This document shows, in pieces, positions 1 to 7,902 of a stretch of 32,000 nucleotides of DNA. The stretch comes from Candidatus Jordarchaeales archaeon. Lineage in GTDB: Archaea > Asgardarchaeota > Jordiarchaeia > Jordiarchaeales > Freyrarchaeaceae. The notes under the pieces are model-generated. The model was not told the DNA's origin, did not search any database, and was given only the letters and a program-made list of their open reading frames with translations. The position numbers were made by a program, and so were the translations under genes. Position 1 is the first letter of the stretch. The number at the start of each line of letters is the position of its first letter. The stretch is taken from NCBI GenBank assembly GCA_038889235.1, contig JAWAHN010000002.1, positions 314,356 through 346,355 on the forward strand, given 5' to 3'.

Positions 1-599
1 CCGCTCCTGCATATTCCTCCAGGGAATGGGAGTATAACGTTGTCCACCTTTCGTATGGCTTCCACAGCTGCCTCGGCTGCAGCCAGCCCCTTCTCCCAGT
101 TCTCCGCTAGTATCATGAAGTTTCCGCCCGCAACACCCTTCCTTATCCCTAAAGTTTCCTCTATTTTAAAAACTCCCTCCATGACTGGTATCTCGTGTAT
201 CGTCCTCCCTTTAAGTTCAGTTTTCGTTTGGAACCCGTCTCCGAAGTACCTCATTTTAGCCCCTGTGTCGAGTTTCTCCTCGGGCTCTGGCATAGCGTCA
301 AAAACAGCTGTTGTCGGACAGGTGAGTACACACTGTCCCAGTCTGTTCAAAAGCACGTGGTCGAGGTTCTTCTTGGGGGCGAAAAACATCACCACTACGC
401 CTGGTCTACCGTCAGGGGTTTCAGATGCCGGAACAGCTTTTTCTATTCCAGCTTCGGCGTCACACCCTATCATGGACGTCGCGTACCCTGCAGCCACGGA
501 CGCCGCAGTTCTAGCCCATTTCTCACTTGCAGCTGTTATGAGAACTCTGGCAGCCCAAAGGCTGAACGCCTCGGCAAAGGTATCTTCTATTACGACCAA
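1..599 (-). CDS. ftr: Formylmethanofuran--tetrahydromethanopterin N-formyltransferase (3' part runs off the window)
   Basis: Not in the ORF track. Manual translation of the minus strand from TTG at 599 (GGGAGGG RBS upstream; in-frame TGA at 650-648) gives MVVIEDTFAEAF...GCDAEAG...TPDGRPG...QCVLTCPTTAVF...YFGDGF...GVAGGNF...PFPGGICRS, all characteristic Ftr motifs. Confidence 0.95.
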   Translation of the reverse strand, partial: MVVIEDTFAEAFSLWAARVLITAASEKWARTAASVAAGYATSMIGCDAEAGIEKAVPASETPDGRPGVVVMFFAPKKNLDHVLLNRLGQCVLTCPTTAVFDAMPEPEEKLDTGAKMRYFGDGFQTKTELKGRTIHEIPVMEGVFKIEETLGIRKGVAGGNFMILAENWEKGLAAAEAAVEAIRKVDNVILPFPGGICRS

Positions 600-763
600 T
601 CTTAAAACCCTCCCTTCCGAGTTTAACCTAACTTTTTTAAATCTCTCTCATTTAATAGGTTTGCGCTTCTTATGGCCTCTTCCGGAGAAAATAGTGAAGA
701 AAAACTTTTTTAGTTCATTGCTTCCCTTTTTGAGAGAATTCGCCGCATCTCTAGGTGGTTGTT

Positions 764-1597
764 ATGAGCGTCGTTAAAGTATGTGTTTTAAAGGCTGGAA
801 ATATAGGTTCCGCCCCGCTACTGGAACTCCTGCTAGACGAAAGGGCTGACAGGAATGACATAGACGTGAGAGTTATCAGCTCTGGAGCTAAGCTTAACCC
901 TGAGCAAGCCGAAGAGATCGCTGAGAAAGTTTTCGAGTTTAAACCGGATCTTGTAATCGTCGTGAGTCCAAACGCTGCACTTCCAGGGCCAAGCAAGATA
1001 AGGGAAGTAATGGCTAAAGCTGGGGTGCCAACCATAGTCATAACGGATGCTCCAGGGAAGAGGGCTAAGGAGGATATAGAAGGAAAGAAGCAGGGATACA
1101 TCATAGTCAACGCGGACGCTATGATAGGCGCGAGGAGAGAGTTCCTCGACCCAGTTGAAATGGCTTTGTTCAACGCAGACGTCATAAAGGTCCTAGCGAT
1201 AACTGGCGCTCTCTCGGTAATATACCGGGAGATTGATAAGGTCATAGACTCGATAAAGAAGGGAGTAACACCCGAACTGCCAAGGATTATAGTCGACAAG
1301 GAAGTAGCTGTCGAGGCAGCGGGCTTCAGCAACCCCTACGCTAAAGCCAAAGCTATGGCTGCATACGAGGCGGCTTCTAAAGTGGCAGACCTCAACGTTG
1401 AAGGATGCTTTAAGGTGCAAGAGCCGGAAAGATACATACCAATAATTGCAGCCGCTCACGAGCTAATGAGGAAAGCAGCACTGCTTGCTGATGAGGCCAG
1501 AGAGCTCGAAAAGTCGGGTGACACCGTCTTCAGAATGCCGCACAAGAAATCGGGCGAGTTGGTCTCCAAGAGAAAGCTTCTAGAGAAACCAGCATAA
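764..1597 (+). CDS. mtd: F420-dependent methylenetetrahydromethanopterin dehydrogenase
   Basis: Motifs KAGNIG, LLLDERADR, SGAKLNP, ADAMIGARREFLDPVEMALFNAD and NPYAKAKAMAA are collinear with methanogen Mtd. ATG at 764 after AGGTGG is preferred over GTG at 755. Confidence 0.97.
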   Translation: MSVVKVCVLKAGNIGSAPLLELLLDERADRNDIDVRVISSGAKLNPEQAEEIAEKVFEFKPDLVIVVSPNAALPGPSKIREVMAKAGVPTIVITDAPGKRAKEDIEGKKQGYIIVNADAMIGARREFLDPVEMALFNADVIKVLAITGALSVIYREIDKVIDSIKKGVTPELPRIIVDKEVAVEAAGFSNPYAKAKAMAAYEAASKVADLNVEGCFKVQEPERYIPIIAAAHELMRKAALLADEARELEKSGDTVFRMPHKKSGELVSKRKLLEKPA

Positions 1598-1677
1598 AAA
1601 GCCTCTCCCTACCTTTTCCCTCCACAGTTAGTTTTCTAAGTTTACCTGCACGAGATGAATGAGAAAGGTGAGGGCTG

Positions 1678-1968
1678 TTGCTTTCGAAAATCCCTATCAA
1701 GTTAGATAAGGTTAACAAAGAAAATACTAACCGGGAAGTGTTGCGCGTCGCCATGATCGCTGAGTTGGATGCAATCAACCTATACGAGCAACTCGCAGCG
1801 ATGACAGAAGATGTAAACCTGAGGAAGCTTCTTCTAGACGTGGCTAAGGAAGAGAAGACGCATTTTGGTGAATTCCAAGCTTTGCTTTTGAGGCTCGATG
1901 GCGAGCAGGTTAAGGAGCTTGAGGAAGGACGCAAAGAAGTTGATGAGCTCATCGGGAAGAAGTCTTAG
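1678..1968 (+). CDS. Short ferritin-like protein of the encapsulin-associated (EncFtn/Flp) type
   Basis: 96 aa. LRVAMIAELDAINLYEQLA...LLDVAKEEKTHFGEF closely resembles the Flp domain of Pyrococcus/Thermococcus encapsulin and carries the ferroxidase E and EEXXH motifs. TTG start with GGTGAGG RBS. Confidence 0.85.
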   Translation: MLSKIPIKLDKVNKENTNREVLRVAMIAELDAINLYEQLAAMTEDVNLRKLLLDVAKEEKTHFGEFQALLLRLDGEQVKELEEGRKEVDELIGKKS

Positions 1969-2903
1969 GGCATCTCACTTAGCGCCACCTCTAAGATCTC
2001 TTCAACCCCTCTCTTAAGGATGCTGATGTGTACCCTATCTCCACTCTTTCTCTTATGTATCTCCCTAAGCAAGTCTTCAACGCTCTTGATTCTGGCGCCG
2101 TCAAGTCTAAGTATAATGTCCCCCGCCTCTATTCCAGCCCGGTATGCTGGCCCGCCCTCAATCACTCTCGTCACCAGCACGCCTTCAACCGGCGGTAAGT
2201 TGTACTGACGCGCCACGCCCTCGGTCAAACCTAACCCGACTATCCCTATCCATGGTCTCGAAAACACTCTTCCACTGATTATCTCATCAGCGCACTTCTT
2301 GGCTACATTTATTGGAATAGCGAACCCTATTCCTTGAGCGAAGGGAACTATCGCAGTACTTATCGCCACAACCTTACCCCTAACGTCGACAAGCGGCCCC
2401 CCGCTATTCCCGGGGTTTATGGCTGCATCTGTCTGAACCAAGTTCTCCAATAACAATCCACCCTCAGCCTCTATGGTTCTATTAAGCGCGCTTATCACAC
2501 CCGACGTGACAGTCGGCCCCCCGGCAAGCCCAAAAGGGTTCCCAATAGCGTAAACTCTTTGACCAACCCTTAGTTTATCCGAGTCGCCGAGCTCAGCTGC
2601 TGGAAGCCCATCCGAGTTAACCTTAACGACAGCTATGTCGTGCAAAAGGCATGAGCCAACAACTTCTCCCTCAAATACTTCACCGTTCCAGAGAGTTACA
2701 CTAATCCTCCTAGCACCCCTAACAACGTGGTTATTCGTTAAAATGTAACCCTTCGAATCTATTATCGTCCCTGAACCAACGCCTTTAACGGGAACAACTT
2801 GGTAAAACATGGCATGGACAAGCTTTACCGTGCTAATGTTAACTACACTTTTGCTGGCCTTCTCCAAGAGGTCAAGCACTTCCTCCTCACTTGGACTGGA
2901 CAA
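1965..2903 (-). CDS. htrA: HtrA/DegP-family trypsin-like serine protease with one C-terminal PDZ domain
   Basis: Catalytic triad motifs TNNHVV, DIAVV and TDAAINPGNSGGP, then a PDZ region (WIGIVG...GPAYRAGIEAGDII). TTG at 2903 after GGAGG is preferred over 2939. Confidence 0.92.
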   Translation of the reverse strand: MSSPSEEEVLDLLEKASKSVVNISTVKLVHAMFYQVVPVKGVGSGTIIDSKGYILTNNHVVRGARRISVTLWNGEVFEGEVVGSCLLHDIAVVKVNSDGLPAAELGDSDKLRVGQRVYAIGNPFGLAGGPTVTSGVISALNRTIEAEGGLLLENLVQTDAAINPGNSGGPLVDVRGKVVAISTAIVPFAQGIGFAIPINVAKKCADEIISGRVFSRPWIGIVGLGLTEGVARQYNLPPVEGVLVTRVIEGGPAYRAGIEAGDIILRLDGARIKSVEDLLREIHKRKSGDRVHISILKRGVEEILEVALSEMP

Positions 2904-3161
2904 CCCACAACCTCCTACGAGTGAAAAATATAGCCTCAACTTTATAATAATCTTCTCTCCACGATATCTCCTCTATATCTGCATCTCTATAAAACTCTTC
3001 TCTACAAAATAATTGTAAAAAGGATCTCTATTATTGAGGGTATTTTAAGTACTCCCTTATTTTATGTAGAAGTATAGCTCCGCCACCAGTACTCGGGGTC
3101 TATAAGCCATTTTAGGCCACTTTTTCTAGTTTTCTCCCGTTACTCGCGGCTTTAACGTGTT

Positions 3162-4450
3162 TCATGCAAACTTGCGCGGGTCTGTTATCTCTCCTGTGAC
3201 GGCCGAGGCGGCTACAGTTGCCGGCGACGCTAAGTATATCTTCGCATCCTTGCTCCCCATTCTGCCAACAAAGTTCCTGTTAGACGATGATATGCACACT
3301 TCACCGGGAGCCAGGAGGCCTAGATGCGCCCCTATGCACGGCCCACAGGTTGGGTTGCAGACCACGCAGCCTGCTTCGAGGAATATCTCTATCAGTCCCT
3401 CCTTCATAGCTTTCAAGTATACTTCCTTCGATGCCGGTATCACTATCGCTCTGACCATATCTGCAACCTTTCTTCCTTTGAGTATCTTCGCAGCAATCCT
3501 GAGGTCTTCGAGCCTTCCATTGGTGCATGAGCCTATGAACGCCTGGTCTATTTTTACACCCTCAACTTCCGAGACCGGGACGGAGTTTTCCGGGCTTGGA
3601 GGTTTAGCCACCTGCGGCTCAAGGTTAGTGACATCCACATCTATGACTTCCTCATATTCAGCGTCGGGGTCGTTGTAGACTGGTTTAAACGGCTGTCTGG
3701 CTCTCTCTTTGATCCATTGCAGGGTTTTTTCATCCGGCTCTATTATGCCCGTTTTCCCGCCCGCCTCTATCGCCATGTTACAGAGGGTGAAGCGAGCATC
3801 CATGCTGAGCTCCCTAATAGTGTTACCTGCAAACTCCATAGCTTTGTAGCTTGCCCCCTCAACACCTATCTCGCCTATTATGTGAAGGATTATGTCTTTA
3901 CCCATAACCATTGGTTGAAGCTTTCCCTCCACGTTAAACTTGACCGTTGAGGGAACCTTAAACCAGATTTCTCCTGTCGCCAGCACAATGGCCATGTCCG
4001 TTGCACCCATCCCAGTAGCAAAGGCGCCCAGCGCTCCGTAAGTCGTCGTATGCGAGTCACTCCCGACGACAAGATCCCCAGGCTTAACAAATCCCTTCTC
4101 AGGAAGGACGACGTGGCATATACCCTCGCGCATGTCAAGCCAGTTCTTGATCCCGTACTTTTTCACAAACCTCCTACACGTAGCGTGTACAACAGCTGCA
4201 TCGATGCTCGGCGCAGGGGTCCAGTGGTCTATAAGTGCAACCACCTTTTCAGGGTCCCAAATCCTATCTAGGCCCAGCTCCTCATATATGTCCGCTATCC
4301 GCAGTTCGGCGCAGCCCGCTAGTGGGCGGCGCTTCCGAGCATCTCGTGGACCATCACGAGGTCAACCTTTGCGTTAACAATTTCACCCGGCTCAACTCGC
4401 TCCTTGCCCGAATGGGATGCAAGTATCTTCTCCGAAATAGTCATCCCCAT
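3162..4450 (-). CDS. leuC: 3-isopropylmalate dehydratase / homoaconitase large subunit (LeuC/HacA family), split by a 29-nt putative intron; exons 4450-4333 and 4303-3162, 419 aa after splicing
   Basis: ATG at 4450 (GGAGG RBS) encodes [40 protein letters not shown] different frame continues [26 protein letters not shown]...GICH...DSHTTTYG...GSCTNGR...CGPCIG...NRNFVGRMG. Removing 4304-4332 joins them into 1260 nt (420 codons including the stop). Confidence 0.92.
4304..4332 (-). other. Putative 29-nt bulge-helix-bulge (BHB) mRNA intron, GCGCCGCCCACUAGCGGGCUGCGCCGAAC
   Basis: The pre-mRNA folds as exon helix UGC/GCG, central helix UCGG/CCGA (4 of 4 Watson-Crick), 3-nt bulges AAG and ACU on opposite strands, and intron stem CGC-C-GCCC/GGGC-U-GCG with a 6-nt loop. 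Cutting after the second nucleotide of each bulge restores the frame. Confidence 0.85.
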
Positions 4451-4693
4451 CTGCGCTAACCTCCAGAGGAACGCTCTCCACGGACATTAAACATCTCCGT
4501 TAAAAAACTTGATGGAACCCGAAACAAGAACCCGGAAAGCAGAAGCCCAACGGGGAAAGACTACACCACAGTTTTACCTGAAGAGACTGCCACAGAAAAA
4601 TGGGTTACATTTATTAGGATTTTTAGGGCTAGTCTATGGTGACTCTCCACTGTTTTTCACGTTTTCCTTATTAATTAACGGTGGTTGTATGCA

Positions 4694-7378
4694 ATGACAG
4701 AACCTTGGCACTCGCTTCCCATAGAAGAAGTCTTCAAGAAGCTCGGTTCCAGCAGAAACGGTTTAACCCAGTCGGAGGCCAAAGATCGACTCAAGATTTA
4801 CGGCTTTAACGAGATCAAGGAGGTTGCGAAACGCCACCCAATATTGCTCTTCTTAGACCAGTTTAAGAGCGTCTTGATACTAATCCTCATCGTCGCAGCC
4901 CTAATCTCTCTCGCCCTCGGAGACGTGGCTGACACGATAGTTATATCGTTCATCTTGTTTCTAAACGCTGTCCTGGGATTCTACCAGGAGTACAAGGCTG
5001 AACAAGCTGTCGAAGCTCTGAAAAAGATGGCTGCCCCTCAGGCTACGGTCATACGTGATGGTGAGAAGAAGCGGATATACGCGAGGGAGCTCGTAGTAGG
5101 CGATGTCGTCCTGCTGGAGGCTGGAGACAGAGTTCCCGCCGACGTTAGACTAGTTGAAGCGATGAACCTTAGAATCGATGAGTCCGCTTTGACCGGTGAA
5201 TCCGTCCCCGTAGCCAAAGACGCGTCCCTTATTATGAGTAAGGATACACTCCTTAGTAACCGGGCTAATATGGCTTACATGGGGACCGTTGTCGTAAGAG
5301 GTAGAGGGGTCGGAGTGGTTGTTGCCACGGGAATGAACACAGAGTTCGGTAAGATCGCCACACTTGTCCAGACAGTTGAGGAAGAAGAAACTCCTCTCCA
5401 GAAGAAAATGGGGGAGCTTGGCAGGAAGCTTGGCGCGGCGGCCGTGCTAGCTTGCGTCATAATTTTCTTCATTGGCCTCTTTAGGGGAACCGAGCTGCTG
5501 GAGCTCTTCCTTGCGTCCGTGAGCTTGGCTGTTGCGGTTGTTCCCGAGGGACTGCCGGCAATAGTTACGATAACGCTGGCTTTAGGAGTTCAGCGGATGG
5601 CGAAGAGGAACGCAATAATCAGGAGGCTGCCAGCTGTTGAAACTTTAGGGTGCGCGACAGTCATATGTAGCGACAAGACTGGAACTATAACGAAGAATGA
5701 GATGACGGTTAGAGAAGTCTATATCCCCCACCGCTCGCTCCAACTTACGAGTCAAGAAAACGCTGTGCTAGACGAGAAAGGCGACCAGCACTTGCGCTTC
5801 ATGTTCGAGGTCGCATCGCTTTGCAACGACGCCAATGTAAGGAAAGACAAAGACAAGTGGAAGATCGTAGGTGACCCAACAGAGGGAGCTATCCTTGTAG
5901 CCGCGGAGAAGCTCGGCATCAAAGTGGACGAGTTAAGAGAGAAGCATCGCAGGATATTTGAGATACCCTTTGAGTCCGAGCGCAAGAGGATGAACACAGT
6001 CAACCTGTGGGATGGTAAGGCGATAGTGTGTGTTAAGGGAGCGCCAGAAGTGATAACAGAGTTAACGTCAATGATTCTCACGAACGGAGTTGTAAGAGAG
6101 TTTAGCGAAGAAGCGAAGAAGAGGATTCTTGACGTGAACCGTAAGATGGCCGAAAAGGCGCTGAGGATTCTAGCTGTAGCGTACAAGGAAATAGAGGTCA
6201 AGAGCACCTACAAGGAAGAAGAGCTGGAAGACGGTCTCATTTTCCTCGGGTTAATCGGCATGATGGACCCCCCAAGGGAGGAGACTAAGGGTGCCGTCGA
6301 GAAGTGCAAGAGTGCAGGGATAAAGGTGATCATGATAACAGGTGACAACGAGCTAACGGCCAGAGCAATAGCCAGCGAGGTAGGAATCTTAGAAGAGGGC
6401 GGCTTATCTATGACGGGAGCCGAGCTGGAAAAGATAGACGTCAACGAGCTTGAAAAAGTCGTCGAAGACGTGAAAGTCTACGCCCGCGTCTCCCCAGAAC
6501 ATAAGCTCAAGATAGTCACCGCTCTCAAGAACAAGGGGCACGTAGTCGCGATGACAGGGGACGGCGTGAACGACGCCCCAGCCCTCAAGAAAGCCGATAT
6601 AGGAGTGGCCATGGGTGTAACGGGGACTGACGTAGCTAAGGGAACAGCGGACATGGTTCTAGCCGACGACAACTTCGCCACAATAGTTTCAGCGGTGGAA
6701 GAGGGGCGCACGATATACAGCAACATAAAGAAGGCAACATACTACTTGTTGGCGTCAAACATAGGAGAACTGCTAACGATTCTATTCGCTATGATAGCCG
6801 GTCTCCCCCTCCCGCTGACCGCAGCTCAAATATTGTGGATAAACCTCGTCACCGACAGCTTCCCAGCACTCGCCCTTTCAGTCGAGCCACCGGAGGCGGA
6901 CGTGATGAAGCGTCCTCCCAGAGACCCGAAAGCACCATTCATAGGACGTGCATCTATCCTAGAGTTGCTCGGCTGTGGTCTAGTTATGAGCTGCGTCACC
7001 CTCCTCTTATTCTCCGTGGAGCTTGGAGGGATATTCTCAGGAAATTACGAGAGAGCTAAAGTGGTTGCATTCATGACACTCGTACTCTTCCAGATATTTA
7101 ACGCGGTAAACTACAGGTCGGAGGAGAAATCCATTTTCACTATAAACCCGCTTTCGAACAAGTATCTACTTATAGGGCTCGCAATAGCCTTCGCCCTACA
7201 GCTCGTTGTAGTCTACGTTCCCCAACTCCAGCCCTTCTTCGAAACATGCTACCTGTCAGCACTAGACTGGTTGTACATAGCAGCGGCTTCAAGCACAATA
7301 ATAGTGTTCCACGAAGCGAGAAAAGCCTACCAGAGGAGAAAGACAAAGACAACGAGAATGCTTGTAAAGGCCGCGTAA
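4694..7378 (+). CDS. Type II (Ca2+-transporting-like) P-type ATPase
   Basis: Motifs DESALTGES, VPEGLP, CSDKTGT (phosphorylation site), KGAPE, DPPR, MITGDN and MTGDGVNDAPALKKADIG. M5 SNIGE and M6 WINLVTD are SERCA-like ion ligands; the M8 position has Q. ATG at 4694 is preferred over TTG at 4685. Confidence 0.95.
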   Translation: MTEPWHSLPIEEVFKKLGSSRNGLTQSEAKDRLKIYGFNEIKEVAKRHPILLFLDQFKSVLILILIVAALISLALGDVADTIVISFILFLNAVLGFYQEYKAEQAVEALKKMAAPQATVIRDGEKKRIYARELVVGDVVLLEAGDRVPADVRLVEAMNLRIDESALTGESVPVAKDASLIMSKDTLLSNRANMAYMGTVVVRGRGVGVVVATGMNTEFGKIATLVQTVEEEETPLQKKMGELGRKLGAAAVLACVIIFFIGLFRGTELLELFLASVSLAVAVVPEGLPAIVTITLALGVQRMAKRNAIIRRLPAVETLGCATVICSDKTGTITKNEMTVREVYIPHRSLQLTSQENAVLDEKGDQHLRFMFEVASLCNDANVRKDKDKWKIVGDPTEGAILVAAEKLGIKVDELREKHRRIFEIPFESERKRMNTVNLWDGKAIVCVKGAPEVITELTSMILTNGVVREFSEEAKKRILDVNRKMAEKALRILAVAYKEIEVKSTYKEEELEDGLIFLGLIGMMDPPREETKGAVEKCKSAGIKVIMITGDNELTARAIASEVGILEEGGLSMTGAELEKIDVNELEKVVEDVKVYARVSPEHKLKIVTALKNKGHVVAMTGDGVNDAPALKKADIGVAMGVTGTDVAKGTADMVLADDNFATIVSAVEEGRTIYSNIKKATYYLLASNIGELLTILFAMIAGLPLPLTAAQILWINLVTDSFPALALSVEPPEADVMKRPPRDPKAPFIGRASILELLGCGLVMSCVTLLLFSVELGGIFSGNYERAKVVAFMTLVLFQIFNAVNYRSEEKSIFTINPLSNKYLLIGLAIAFALQLVVVYVPQLQPFFETCYLSALDWLYIAAASSTIIVFHEARKAYQRRKTKTTRMLVKAA

Positions 7379-7902
7379 AATCGTCTGCAAACACGGCCAT
7401 TTACCTCACCTTTTTCTCCAAAAATAGCAAGATGAAGGCAGATTGTGTTGAAAAAGCGCATCACCTCCTCCACCCGTTTTCTCACGGAGTTTTCAAAAAA
7501 TTCCTTCTCTCAGTGCATTTGATCTTGAGAATCCCTTCTCATAACTTCAATTCTCGGGAAAGTTGGGGTGCTGTGCGTTTAATAACAATTCCTGCATGCT
7601 TTAACAGCCCGCTCTTTCCACGTTCCTGGAAACTATAAATCCACCTTCTGAATGTTTTACCACAGATATAGAGTCACAGATAAAGTCTCTCCAACCAAGA
7701 GGCATGACGAAAATTTTACTAACAAAATATATATTCACTTCACTCCTTTCTTTTCATCAAATTTTAGGTTGGAGACTTAGTACTAGCTCCCTTATTTGGA
7801 GGGGAATTACAATGTACCGCTACGGGTCGCCTTCCAGTATCGCTTACATTACATCTTTTTGAATGAATTCCACACCAGAAGAGATGTTGGGGGAAAAATA
7901 CT

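Noticed and set aside
40-777. Long plus-strand ORF (245 aa) and other antisense ORFs such as 751-1332, 3157-3678, 12427-12798 and 14731-15117
   Set aside because: They are shadow frames opposite well-supported genes, have S/T/A-rich composition and show no motifs.
1960-2100. Read-through or frameshift fusion of the ferritin-like gene to an encapsulin shell
   Set aside because: The sequence after the stop is the 3' end of the convergent htrA gene.
3162-4244. ORF-track version of LeuC starting at GTG 4244 (360 aa)
   Set aside because: It lacks about 60 conserved N-terminal residues that are encoded upstream from ATG 4450, which has a good RBS.
4304-4332. Simple frameshift mutation, sequencing indel or programmed ribosomal frameshift as the cause of the leuC break
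   Set aside because: A 1-2 nt slip would leave about ten extra residues beside a conserved motif, and there is no slippery homopolymer. It would also not explain the exact BHB geometry whose canonical cut sites restore the frame. Not fully excluded without reads.
4460-4690. yybP-ykoY (Mn) riboswitch upstream of the P-type ATPase
   Set aside because: The conserved GGGGAGUAG-type core and four-way junction are not visible.
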